The translations under genes were made by a program, and so were the position numbers. Below the pieces are notes generated by a model. That model was not told where the DNA came from. It did no database searches and saw only the letters and a list, made by a program, of their open reading frames with translations. 64,000 nt of DNA from Abditibacterium sp. (lineage in GTDB: Bacteria > Armatimonadota > Abditibacteriia > Abditibacteriales > Abditibacteriaceae): contig OZ251992.1 of NCBI GenBank assembly GCA_965246885.1, forward strand, positions 2,592,001-2,656,000, written 5' to 3'. This document shows, piece by piece, positions 33,437-42,880 of the stretch; within the stretch, counting starts at the first letter, position 1, and every line of letters begins with the position of its first letter.

Positions 33437-35500
33437 TCATGCCGGCATCAGTTGGTGCCCGGTGCGGCCTTGCCAGCCGTCTATCAGAAGCCAGAAGAGC
33501 ATCATTGCCACGTCGCCCAGCGCCAGACCGAGGAAGAAGGGCGTCGTGCGGCGCACCGTCTCGTGCCCTCCGTATTTGGACAGCAGCACTTTGCAGCCCC
33601 AGCCAATGAAGATCGAAAACCAGAAGTGCCACAGAGGATACGTGAACGCCATGATGTAGCCAATGGGATGGAGCGGGAACCAGCCAAAGCGCGAGCGCGC
33701 CAGCACCATGCCCAGCGTCAAGAGCATGCCAACTGTCATCCATACCCACGCGTTTAGGTCGGGGCTTTGCGACAGGCTCGCGTAGTTCGACACGTTGCCT
33801 GCCAAGCAATGCGGCCCCCAATCCGACAGCCAGCGCCCCAACCCCAGCCCGCCCGTCTCGTAGCCCAAGCGCACGTTCATGGCGAACGACATCACCAGAC
33901 CAATGCCGATAACGACCCCCAACAGCGCCAAGAGCGGGCGGGCCGCGATGCCCCGGTCGTGCGCCAGCTTGAAACTTTGCACGAACGAGGGCATCAGGCT
34001 CCCGCGATAATCTTGGATGGTGGCGTATTCCGTCACCGCCGCCGGATACAAGCCGTGCGCGGGCGAAATCCAAGAGTGCGGCCCCGCGCCAAGCAAACCC
34101 ATCAGGCTGCCCAATGGCATCCACGAATGGTGGACGAACAATAGGCCCCCTTCGGCCACCACGCGCGACAGCACAACGGCGATGATGAGGTAGCTCGTCC
34201 ACAGCAGAACCGACACGGGCCAACTCATCCCCGCCGCGATGCCCCACGCGACCATCAGCCCAAACGACGCCCAAAACCCCCAAAACGCGACGGGATACGG
34301 CAACGCCTCGCGCTTCTCGCCGCGCCGCGCCACGTCGCGGCCCACTGCGCGGCGCGCGATGTGCCCCAGATGCCGCCGCGCCGTCCAGAAGATCAGCCCC
34401 GCATACGCGAGGTTGGCGCCCACCTCCTGATACCCCAGAAACACCGGCGCATTCCCGCCAGTCATGTGCGGCAGTGTGTTGGGCATGTAGCCCAGCCCGT
34501 AAGACGCGAGCAATTGGAACTTTAGCAGCCAATAGAAGAACCACAGCGACAGCGAAACTTCGGTCGTCAGCAAAAACGTGATGCCGATGGCCACCGGGTA
34601 AATAAACAGCGTCGCGGTGCCCATCTGGTTCCAAGGCGCTTCCGAGAAGTAGGGCGCCATGTCGAGAGACATATTGAGCGACGGCACATCGGGGAAATAC
34701 ACGTGCAAGCCGTTGAGCAGTTGGATGCTCGCCGCCACGCCGAACCCGCCCCACATCGCCGGGGTACTGAAGAAGGAGGGCAAGCGGCCCGTGCCGGTGC
34801 CCTCGGTCATTTCGAGGGGCAGCTTAAGCAGAGGAAACGCGAGCGCTTCGTTGTCGCCCCACTGCGCGCGAAGCATGACGCTCATACACATCATCATCGA
34901 AAACGCCGCCACGAAAAACAACCCCCACGCGAGGAGCGGCACCAGCCACGCGCCCCAAGGAATTGTCCCGCCCGGCGGAAGGCCGTTATACCAGCCCTCG
35001 ACAACCGCACGATTATACGAGCCGTGCGGCCCCAGCGCGGGCGTATACCAAGGCGGCAACCCCTTGAGCAAGTCGAACCACTTGTTTTCGCGCGTCGCGT
35101 AGTAGAAGGAGCCAATAATGAACGAGACGAAGTAGTTGTTGCCCCCCATTCCCGGCACGAGCGTCGAAAACAAGCACGACAGGTAAACCGTCAGCGTCTC
35201 GTTGCGCTCCAACACGGCACGACGCGACAGCCCGCGCAATATCGGGTTGATGACCACAACCAATAGCAGAAGCGCCATGATCGCTCCCGGCGGCAAGTGC
35301 GTCGCACCCAAATAGGTGTTGGTCAGTTTGTAGTCAATGACCGGAATCGCCCAACCGAAAAACAGCGCCAACAAGAGGGACAACACCACCACGCGCCCCG
35401 TGACACCGCGCGCGCGTTTTGAAAGCGCCTCCTCAAGGGGCACTGCCGGGTTATTGGGCGCCAAAAGCGCTGATGGGGGAGAACTGCTTGGTGAGTTCAT
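33437..35500 (-). CDS. DUF6785/DUF6784-like polytopic membrane protein (putative transporter)
   Basis: About 688 aa with many TMs; RAQWGDNEALAFPL, WFPLHPIGY and PFFLGLALGD motifs. Confidence 0.75.
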   Translation of the reverse strand: MNSPSSSPPSALLAPNNPAVPLEEALSKRARGVTGRVVVLSLLLALFFGWAIPVIDYKLTNTYLGATHLPPGAIMALLLLVVVINPILRGLSRRAVLERNETLTVYLSCLFSTLVPGMGGNNYFVSFIIGSFYYATRENKWFDLLKGLPPWYTPALGPHGSYNRAVVEGWYNGLPPGGTIPWGAWLVPLLAWGLFFVAAFSMMMCMSVMLRAQWGDNEALAFPLLKLPLEMTEGTGTGRLPSFFSTPAMWGGFGVAASIQLLNGLHVYFPDVPSLNMSLDMAPYFSEAPWNQMGTATLFIYPVAIGITFLLTTEVSLSLWFFYWLLKFQLLASYGLGYMPNTLPHMTGGNAPVFLGYQEVGANLAYAGLIFWTARRHLGHIARRAVGRDVARRGEKREALPYPVAFWGFWASFGLMVAWGIAAGMSWPVSVLLWTSYLIIAVVLSRVVAEGGLLFVHHSWMPLGSLMGLLGAGPHSWISPAHGLYPAAVTEYATIQDYRGSLMPSFVQSFKLAHDRGIAARPLLALLGVVIGIGLVMSFAMNVRLGYETGGLGLGRWLSDWGPHCLAGNVSNYASLSQSPDLNAWVWMTVGMLLTLGMVLARSRFGWFPLHPIGYIMAFTYPLWHFWFSIFIGWGCKVLLSKYGGHETVRRTTPFFLGLALGDVAMMLFWLLIDGWQGRTGHQLMPA

Positions 35501-35638
35501 TTGGAAGTCAAAGCGTCGGTAGTCTCCCACTTCTTCCTCTTGCGCACGCCCGATAGCGCACGCAAGGCGCCGCGCGCGTAAAATAAGAGGGCCTCGCCCT
35601 TCCCGGCGCGGGCGCATCTTCGCCGCTTTCTTCACACC

Positions 35639-36361
35639 ATGATGCACAAAATACTGGGACTGGGCGCCGCCGCGCTTTTTGGCTTTTGGGGCGCGCTCCA
35701 TCTCCGCGCCTCAGCCGACTCGCCTTGGCACACGCTCCGCAACGGCGTGCAGGCGCGTGAACTGGCCCGCTCGTCGCGCGGCTTCTCCGTTTCGATTCAT
35801 GCTTTTCGCGCGCCCGCGTCCGCCTTTCGCGTGGCGGGCCGTCATTACCTGAGCGCCGCTGACTGGCTTCGTCAAACCCGCGCCCGCGTCGTCGTTAACG
35901 GCGGCTACTTCGACGGATTGGGGCGCCCGATGGGTCTGCGGGCGGGCCGCAACACGGCGCCCTCGAAACTGCGCCGCGCGGACTGGGGTGTCTTCTGGAT
36001 CAAGAACGGCGTCGCGCACCTGTGCCACACCCGCGACTTTCCCGCCAATGCCCGCCCCGACGAGGCCGTTCAGTGCGGCCCGCGCTTGGTCGTTGGCGGA
36101 CGTCCGACCGACCTCAAGCCGCAATGGGCGCGGCGCACGGGCGTCGGCATTGACCGCCGGGGACGCGTGGTGTTAGCCGTGTGTGATGGGGAATTGTCGC
36201 TGGACGAATGGGCCAAAGTGTGGGCGTCGCCGTCTGGCTTGGACTGCCCCGATGCACTCAATATGGACGGCGGCCCCTCAACCCAACTCGCCGTGCGCGG
36301 CGAGCCAAGTTTAACAGTCGAGGGCGGCTGGCCCGTTCCCGACGTGCTGGCGTTTAAGTGA
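35639..36361 (+). CDS. Phosphodiester glycosidase (NAGPA) family protein
   Basis: VNGGYFD, QCGPRLV, RTGVG and ALNMDGGPSTQL motifs. Confidence 0.9.
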   Translation: MMHKILGLGAAALFGFWGALHLRASADSPWHTLRNGVQARELARSSRGFSVSIHAFRAPASAFRVAGRHYLSAADWLRQTRARVVVNGGYFDGLGRPMGLRAGRNTAPSKLRRADWGVFWIKNGVAHLCHTRDFPANARPDEAVQCGPRLVVGGRPTDLKPQWARRTGVGIDRRGRVVLAVCDGELSLDEWAKVWASPSGLDCPDALNMDGGPSTQLAVRGEPSLTVEGGWPVPDVLAFK

Positions 36362-36373
36362 GGAAGCCGCGCC

Positions 36374-36468
36374 GTCGCGCTCGCCCTACTGCGCGGTCTC
36401 GGACCACAATACCTTTATCAAAGTAACGTTTATCCGTTGGTCGCGCTCGCCCTACTGCGCGGTCTCGG
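36374..36468. repeat. Perfect 29-bp direct repeat pair with a 37-bp spacer
   Basis: GTCGCGCTCGCCCTACTGCGCGGTCTCGG at 36374-36402 and 36440-36468. Confidence 0.9.
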
Positions 36469-36805
36469 CGAGTTCGGCGCCGCGCGTGGCGTCTTCCTCT
36501 TCGGCTTTGAGGGCGCGCTTGAAAGCGCGGCGCAGTTTGTCTTCGCTGACGGGTTCCTGAACGCGGTTGAGGCCGTTGATGGTGACGACGGGGATGTGGT
36601 CGTTGAGCTTGGCGGCGACGAGGGGGTCGTCATCTATGTTGATGCGCTCGACCCAGAAGTCGAAATCGCCGTGCAAGGTGTTGAGCAGGTGCGCGGCGTC
36701 GTTGCAAAGGTGGCAGCCGGGCCGCCCATACAAGCGGACGTGGAGCGGCTGGGTGAGGTCGAAGACATCGGCGTGCGAGGCTGGCGAGGGCGTGGTAGAA
36801 GGCAT
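36452..36805 (-). CDS. Glutaredoxin-like protein (DUF836)
   Basis: LYGRPGCHLC and IPVV motifs. Confidence 0.88.
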   Translation of the reverse strand: MPSTTPSPASHADVFDLTQPLHVRLYGRPGCHLCNDAAHLLNTLHGDFDFWVERINIDDDPLVAAKLNDHIPVVTINGLNRVQEPVSEDKLRRAFKRALKAEEEDATRGAELAETAQ

Positions 36806-36829
36806 AGCGTGAGTGGCCCCAAAGGACGC

Positions 36830-37540
36830 CTATTTTGCGGGCGCGGCGTCCAAAACTTTAACCGCCGAAAGTGTATCTCCGAGCGCAAGTTTGGCGGCGA
36901 TTTCCTTTCCATCCACAATTTTGCCAAACACCGTGTATTGCCCGTCGAGGAAATGATCCTCGCCCTGCGTGATGTAGAACTGGCTACCCGCCGAGTCGGG
37001 GTCTTGGGCGCGCGCCGCCGCGATAACGTAGCGGTCGTGCTTCAAATCGGAAATTTCGAGCGGCACGTTATACCCCGGCCCGCCCAAGCCCGCGAAGTCG
37101 TTTGTTTTGGCGTCGGCAGAAAGCGGGTCGCCGCCTTGGATGATCTGCCCTTTGCCGTCGCCGCTCAAGTCGGCTTGGCGGTGGAAATGGGTGCCGTCGT
37201 AGAACCCCTTGCCCGCGAGATAGATGAACGACTTGACGGCAAGCGGCGCTTTGGTGGCGTCCAATTCGAGGGTGAATTTGCCCGCCGTCGTTTGCATTTC
37301 GACGCGCGGATGGTCGGCGACTTTGAAGTCGGCGGGCGGGGGCGCGAGAGCGACCTTCTTCATCGCCGCGATGTAAGCGGCGTTGACATCCGCCGGAGCC
37401 GCGTCGCCAAGGGTCGGCTCGACGACTTTGTAGGTCTTAGCGGGCGCGTTGGTTGCGGGTTTGGCGTGGCGCGCGTGGGCGGCTTGGGGCAGGCTCAGGG
37501 CGCACGCGAAGGCGGCGCCCAGAAGAAAAGGTCGAATCAT
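36830..37540 (-). CDS. Cyclophilin-type peptidyl-prolyl isomerase, secreted
   Basis: GFYDGTHFHR, IQGGDP, SAGSQFYI and LDGQYTVFG motifs; signal peptide. Confidence 0.95.
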   Translation of the reverse strand: MIRPFLLGAAFACALSLPQAAHARHAKPATNAPAKTYKVVEPTLGDAAPADVNAAYIAAMKKVALAPPPADFKVADHPRVEMQTTAGKFTLELDATKAPLAVKSFIYLAGKGFYDGTHFHRQADLSGDGKGQIIQGGDPLSADAKTNDFAGLGGPGYNVPLEISDLKHDRYVIAAARAQDPDSAGSQFYITQGEDHFLDGQYTVFGKIVDGKEIAAKLALGDTLSAVKVLDAAPAK

Positions 37541-37591
37541 GCGACATTGGGACAACCTCGCACCACAAAAGTCGCGCCCCTTACGCCCAAA

Positions 37592-37906
37592 TTACGCGGT
37601 GTAAGTATTGTCCACGAGAGGCGCGCTAAGAGACGAGGGGCCAATGGGGATGCCCGGCCCGCGCGAGTAACGCTCGGTTCCGTAGCACTCGCGGCAAGTG
37701 ATACCCGCGATAAATTGGGGCATGGTGCGCAAAGTTTTGCCGCATTGCACGCACCGGGGGCGCGCGACAACCGGGGCGGCAGGGGCCTCGCGCAGTTCGG
37801 GTTGCAGCAAATCGGGGCAGGCAGAGGGTGTAGTGGTGGGTGCGACTGCGCCCGAAGCGGCGCGGCTATGATTGACAACCAATTTGGCCATGATAATGGG
37901 ATTCAC
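37592..37906 (-). CDS. Small putative zinc-ribbon protein
   Basis: CVQC...CREC pair. Confidence 0.5.
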   Translation of the reverse strand: MNPIIMAKLVVNHSRAASGAVAPTTTPSACPDLLQPELREAPAAPVVARPRCVQCGKTLRTMPQFIAGITCRECYGTERYSRGPGIPIGPSSLSAPLVDNTYTA

Positions 37907-38083
37907 TCCACGAAACAGTGGCCGAAAAGCGCCGGTTTGATGACAGGCGCGCGAGGCGATGCGGTCAAAGCCCCGCGTTCGGTTGCGAGCGAGTATACCC
38001 CTCCTTGGCCAATTCTAAACCATTTGCCAGATTAAATTCAGGTTAACTGCCCCGGCCCCGCGAGCCGGCAAAAGCACGTGAAG

Positions 38084-38251
38084 CAATGGTTCATCGGCAG
38101 AAGCCAAGCGTTGGCGCGGCTCTCTCAACGACTGAAAGAGCCGCGCCGATGATTGAGCGGGTAAAATCAGTCGTTGAAAGAGCTGCGCCGATGATTGATT
38201 TATGCGGGCCGACGGTTCACGCGACTCTTTCAATGGTTCATTTGGCTGGTT
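38084..38251. repeat. Degenerate tandem array C, 8 x 21 bp
   Basis: Units begin at 38084, 38105, ... 38231 (CAATGGTTCA, CAACGACTGA, CGATGATTGA, CAGTCGTTGA, ...); last unit overlaps the M16 gene stop. Confidence 0.75.
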
Positions 38252-40820
38252 CAACGAGCGCCACAGCCATGCGGTTCGGGTCGAGATAGCGTTGCGCGGC
38301 GGCGCGGACTTGGTCGTTGGTCACGGCGTTGATGCGAGCGGCATAGGTGGCCGCGTCGCGGATGCCCAAGCCCAGTAGTTCCGAGGAAGCGAAGTCGCGC
38401 GCTTGTTGGTCGGGCGTTTGGAGTCCGATGGCGTGTGTGGCGACGCACATCGTTTTGGCGCGCGCTAACTCTTCGGGCGAGAAACCGCCGTCGCGGGCGC
38501 GAACTACCTCTTCGCCGATGATGGCCCGCGCGCGTAGCCGGTTAGCGGGCGTCGAGGCGGCGTAAAGCACGAACATCCCGGTCTCTATTCCCGGCCAGTC
38601 GAAGGCGTTGGCGTCATACACCAGTTGCTCCTCGCGGAGCCTACCGAAAATGCGGCCCCCCGGAAGCCCTGCGCCCGATAAACCGGAGTCCAGCACGTCC
38701 AAAGCGAAGCGGTCGGGGTCGCCGATTTTGATGCCGGAAAAGCCGATGAACTGCGCCGACTGGACGATACCTTTTTGATAGTAGGTACGCCATGTGGCAT
38801 TAGAAAGCGCGACCGTCGCGGGAGGCGCTTTAGATGCGGGGGCCGCTGCGCGGAAGGAGCCGAACAGTTGCCGTGCGAGCGCCGCGACTTGCGCGGGCGA
38901 AATGTCGCCCACGACGGACACGACGGTAGATTTGGGCTGCAAAACGCTGTTCCGATAGGCCACGACATCCTCTCGGCGGATGGAACGGACGCTCTGCGCG
39001 GTGCCGTTTTGCGGGCGACCGTAGGGGTGGGAGCCGAACACGAGCCAGCGCAAAAGTCGTCCGGCGGCGGCGGTCGGGTCGTCGTCTTGAACCGCGATGC
39101 CCGCGAGCGTTTGGGCTTTGATGTTGGCTAACTCGGCGTCGGGGAAAGTCGGGCGCAGCGTGCAATCGGCCACAAGCGTTAGTCCGCGCCGCCAGTCGGT
39201 CGCCAGCCAACTCGACGCGACGCCCCACGAGTTGTAACCCGAAAACCCATTGAGGGAGCCACCCAAGTTTTCGATGGTCTCGTTGAGTTGCCCCGCGCTT
39301 TGCCCCGCCGCGCCGCGCGTTAGGAGTTGCGCCGCGACATTCGCCACGCCCGCTTTATTCGGGTTTTCGAGGCGCACGCCGCCCAGTCCCGTCACGACAA
39401 TCGAAACTGTCGGCGCGCTCGTCGTGCGCTTGACAACGAGGCGCACGCCGTTGGGAAGCGTAATCAGTTGGGCGTTCGATGGGGGCAAGGCGCTCGCCGC
39501 TTTGGAGAGTTTTGTGGGCGCGATGGGCGGATGAACCGCCGCGACGGTGAGGCCATCGGCGCGCAGATATTGGCGGGAGACGGCTTGGATTTGGGCTGCC
39601 GTCACTCCTTGAATGCGCTCGACATAGGAGGCCGAAAAGTCGGGGTTGCCAGTCCCCATTTCGTCGAGGGCGGCGCTCTCCGCCTCGTTTTCGACGCCCT
39701 GTTTGTTGAAGATATACCGCGCGCGAATGGCGGTTTTGGCGCGCGCCAACTCGCTGGCCGTAACGGGCGCCTCGCGGACGCGCTCGATTTCGCGCCCAAT
39801 CGCCGCTTCGACGCGCGCTTGCTTGGCGGGTTCGAGTTGGGCCGAGACCGTGAACGTTCCGGCATCGTAGTTGGGCGTATCGGACGCGGCGGAAATGTCG
39901 GAGACGAGGTTTTGGTTGTCCCGGAGCGTGCGCACCAAGCGCCCAGTTTGGCCCCCGCCCATGATTTGCGCGAGAACATCGAGCGCATACAAGTCGGGCG
40001 ATTGCAAGGGCACGGTGTGCCAGCCAACTTGCAAGTAGGTCGCGCCGATTTGCTTGGTTTGCTCGGCGCGGCGGGGGGCGATTTGGCGCGGCTCCCCGGC
40101 CAAGGCGGGCGTGTGCGCGGCGCCGCGCGGCCAGTCCCCAAGCTCCTTGGCGACGGCCTGCATTATGGCGGTGTCGGACACGTCGCCCGCGACGCTCAAG
40201 ACGGTGTTTTCGGGGGTGTAGTGGTCGTGATAATAGCCGAGGATGTCGTCGCGCGACAGGGCATCGAACTGCGCGCGAAAGCCAATCACCGGGAAGCGCG
40301 CGGGGTGGACGCGAAAGGCGGTGGCTTGCCACAGTTCGGAAACGGCGGTGGCGGGGTCGTCCTCGCCGATGTTCATCTCGTTGTGAATGACGCCCTGCTC
40401 TTGCCGGACGCGCGCGTCGGGAAAATTGGCCCGCCGCATCATGTCACCGAGGACATTCAGCGCCCGCCCGAAGTAGGGCGCCGCCGTCGTAACATGATAG
40501 GCAGTCACGTCGGTGGAGGTGTAAGCGTTCGAGACACCGCCGATGGCTTGCAGTTCGTCGTCTATCTGCGGCCCGGTGCGCGTTGTCGTGCCCTCAAACA
40601 GGGTGTGTTCAAACAGGTGCGACAAACCGGCGCCCAGATACTTGTCCTCGTAAATCGAACCCGTCCGCACGTAAAACCGAACCGCCACAACGGGCGCGCT
40701 CGTATCCCCGCGCGTCAAGACGGTGAGGCCGTTGGGCAAGACGTGCTTATTTGTATTGGGCGCGGCGACGGCGGATGTGGCGCCAAGCAGGAGGGCGAGA
40801 AAAAGGGTAAGGCGGGACAT
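38238..40820 (-). CDS. M16-family (pitrilysin/PqqL-like) zinc peptidase
   Basis: GLSHLFEH (HxxEH), NAYTS, two LPNG-initiated halves and a signal peptide. Confidence 0.95.
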   Translation of the reverse strand: MSRLTLFLALLLGATSAVAAPNTNKHVLPNGLTVLTRGDTSAPVVAVRFYVRTGSIYEDKYLGAGLSHLFEHTLFEGTTTRTGPQIDDELQAIGGVSNAYTSTDVTAYHVTTAAPYFGRALNVLGDMMRRANFPDARVRQEQGVIHNEMNIGEDDPATAVSELWQATAFRVHPARFPVIGFRAQFDALSRDDILGYYHDHYTPENTVLSVAGDVSDTAIMQAVAKELGDWPRGAAHTPALAGEPRQIAPRRAEQTKQIGATYLQVGWHTVPLQSPDLYALDVLAQIMGGGQTGRLVRTLRDNQNLVSDISAASDTPNYDAGTFTVSAQLEPAKQARVEAAIGREIERVREAPVTASELARAKTAIRARYIFNKQGVENEAESAALDEMGTGNPDFSASYVERIQGVTAAQIQAVSRQYLRADGLTVAAVHPPIAPTKLSKAASALPPSNAQLITLPNGVRLVVKRTTSAPTVSIVVTGLGGVRLENPNKAGVANVAAQLLTRGAAGQSAGQLNETIENLGGSLNGFSGYNSWGVASSWLATDWRRGLTLVADCTLRPTFPDAELANIKAQTLAGIAVQDDDPTAAAGRLLRWLVFGSHPYGRPQNGTAQSVRSIRREDVVAYRNSVLQPKSTVVSVVGDISPAQVAALARQLFGSFRAAAPASKAPPATVALSNATWRTYYQKGIVQSAQFIGFSGIKIGDPDRFALDVLDSGLSGAGLPGGRIFGRLREEQLVYDANAFDWPGIETGMFVLYAASTPANRLRARAIIGEEVVRARDGGFSPEELARAKTMCVATHAIGLQTPDQQARDFASSELLGLGIRDAATYAARINAVTNDQVRAAAQRYLDPNRMAVALVEPAK

Positions 40821-40830
40821 GATTTAATTT

Positions 40831-40940
40831 CAAGCGAATAAATTCGCAGCCAGCAGCATCGTCGGCCTTCGCCGACGGACTTCCAAGTTACCGCGTCGGC
40901 GAAGGCCGACGATGCTGCTGGCTGCGAATTTATTCGCTTG
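40831..40940. repeat. REPIN-like long hairpin 2
   Basis: Inverted arms CAAGCGAATAAATTCGCAGCCAGCAGCATCGTCGGCCTTCGCCGACG; same layout as 21720-21817. Confidence 0.85.
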
Positions 40941-40954
40941 GATAATATGGCGCA

Positions 40955-42478
40955 CTAAGCCCGTTTCCGCCGTATCTTGCGCAGCGCCGACAGGACGCCG
41001 ATGACAATGCCCGCGAGGATCGCGCCGGTGATTTTAAGGAAGGTGGCCATGCCGCTTGCCCCGGTGTCGGGGGCAAGCGGCGCGGCGCCGTTGGGAGCTT
41101 CCCCGGTAGACGCGCCACCGGGCAACGCGAGCGGCGGAATTTGATACCAGATGGCCGTCCATTTCCAGTTCATGTCGTCGGTGTTGTTGCCCTTGCCTTG
41201 CTCGAACGAGAAATCAAGCGACCGCTTGAAGGGTATCGGGTCAACGACGTGGAAGCGGTAGGCGGACACGGCGGGCGGCGCGGGTGATTTGAAACTGAGG
41301 CCGTTGTATTGGTCGAGGAAAGGCTTATCGGGGAAATACCACGCCGACGAGAAGTAGTCCTCGGTTCCGGTGCCCTCGTAGGGAGCGCCGTCGAGGGTGA
41401 TGGTTTCGTTGCCTTCCAAGAACGAGAAGGTGCGGTGCGGGCTGCCTTTGTCCGGTTCGATACTCAGCGCCAGCCCTGCGAAGGCGCCTTGGCCTTTGAC
41501 GCGGATGATGGGAATCGGCTTGCCTTTTTGGGTGTGCGCGGACTGCTCGAGCGCACAGAAGCGGACTTTGGACGGCTCGCTGGCGAAGTTCAGCACCCGC
41601 GCTAAGACGTCGAACTTGAGGTCGTGGTCGGTCGGGTTGACGAGGCTGAACTTGGCGGTCTTGAAGGGCATGGGCCAGCGCAGCAAGAGGCGCGACCCGT
41701 CGTAATCGGCGACGGCGTTGTTGCCCAGTTCGTCGCCCTTCTCCTGCCCGCCGAGCGCAAGGAGCGGCGCGTCAACGGCGCGTTGCCCGTCGAAATCGGC
41801 GTGCAAGCGCACTTGGGAAAACACGCCCTTGGCGGGGCCGGTGTTCATGGCGATTTGCAGTTCGTAAATCAGCCCCGGCTTGGCCCACGAACCGCACTCG
41901 CGCTCGGCGCCCTTGGGAACGGAAACGGTGACCTCGCGCTTGTCGGTCTGGGTGACTTGCGGCAGAACGGGCAACAGGGCTTGGCTTTCCGGGCGCACGC
42001 TCGCTTGAAAGAACCACTTGTTCGCCTCTTTTGCGTGGTTGGTTACTAAAAGCGCCGACTCCTTATCCAAGTGCGCGAGCGGCTCGAAGTCGAAGATGGG
42101 AAACAGCGTGTAGGCCTTGTTTTGCACTGCGCCGCGCCGCTCGACGGCGTGACCCATCACCATGAGCGGCGTTCGTCTGTCGCGCGCGGTTTGGAGGGTC
42201 AAGTCGGTCTGTTCGGGGAACAGCGAGGTAGACCACAAGCGCAGCAATGTCCCCTTGGCAAGCGGCACGCGCCGCGTTTCGCCCGGCTTGAGCAAGACGT
42301 AATCGAAGTTCTGGTGCTTGGGATCGGTCGAGGCGAACCACAAGGGCGCCGGTTGAAAGGGCGCAGGCAGCAACCCCTGTAGCTCGGTCGTGACTTCTTG
42401 AGCATGCGCCGCGCCGCTCCACAAGAGCGCGGCGAGGAGCGCGAAGCCCGCGAGCGTCCGCTTAATAGATAGCGCCAT
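40955..42478 (-). CDS. DUF2961-domain (GH172-like) protein, membrane anchored
   Basis: WPMPF, FLEGNE, GTGTEDYFSSAW and YRFHVVDPIPF motifs; signal peptide and C-terminal TM. Confidence 0.85.
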   Translation of the reverse strand: MALSIKRTLAGFALLAALLWSGAAHAQEVTTELQGLLPAPFQPAPLWFASTDPKHQNFDYVLLKPGETRRVPLAKGTLLRLWSTSLFPEQTDLTLQTARDRRTPLMVMGHAVERRGAVQNKAYTLFPIFDFEPLAHLDKESALLVTNHAKEANKWFFQASVRPESQALLPVLPQVTQTDKREVTVSVPKGAERECGSWAKPGLIYELQIAMNTGPAKGVFSQVRLHADFDGQRAVDAPLLALGGQEKGDELGNNAVADYDGSRLLLRWPMPFKTAKFSLVNPTDHDLKFDVLARVLNFASEPSKVRFCALEQSAHTQKGKPIPIIRVKGQGAFAGLALSIEPDKGSPHRTFSFLEGNETITLDGAPYEGTGTEDYFSSAWYFPDKPFLDQYNGLSFKSPAPPAVSAYRFHVVDPIPFKRSLDFSFEQGKGNNTDDMNWKWTAIWYQIPPLALPGGASTGEAPNGAAPLAPDTGASGMATFLKITGAILAGIVIGVLSALRKIRRKRA

Positions 42479-42818
42479 CGTCGCCACCTCCCATGCCGCC
42501 CGCTTCGCCTTCGCCCGCGAGGAGGGCTTCCATCTCTTCGCCCAAGTCTTCGCCCGATTCCTCGCCCATCTGCTGGCCCATCTCGCGGGCGAAGCGGCGC
42601 AGCGCCTTGGGGTCGTCGAAATCCTGCGATTCGAGCGAGTCCGCGACGGCGTCCATGCGCGCATCGTCGGAGCGGCCCCGGCTAAAGCGCGACATAATCT
42701 TGGAAAGGTCGGCGCTTTGACACGCCGGACAATGCGGCGCGGCTTCGCCCGACACCACGCCCGTTAAAAAGGTGAAGCGCTTGCCGCACGCGCCGCACCG
42801 AAACTCAAACAATGGCAT
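42462..42818 (-). CDS. FmdB-family zinc ribbon protein
   Basis: MPLFEFRCGACG...CPACQS motif. Confidence 0.9.
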   Translation of the reverse strand: MPLFEFRCGACGKRFTFLTGVVSGEAAPHCPACQSADLSKIMSRFSRGRSDDARMDAVADSLESQDFDDPKALRRFAREMGQQMGEESGEDLGEEMEALLAGEGEAGGMGGGDDGAIY

Positions 42819-42880
42819 ACGAGCCAAGTTTAAGAGGGCGCGGCGAAAGGTTCGGCGCCCACGTTTAAACTGCGGCCCCA

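Noticed and set aside
36374..36468. CRISPR array call
   Set aside because: Only two repeats, no cas genes or leader, and one repeat overlaps a coding 3' end
36437..38035. 532-aa plus-strand ORF
   Set aside because: Antisense to the well-supported glutaredoxin and cyclophilin genes
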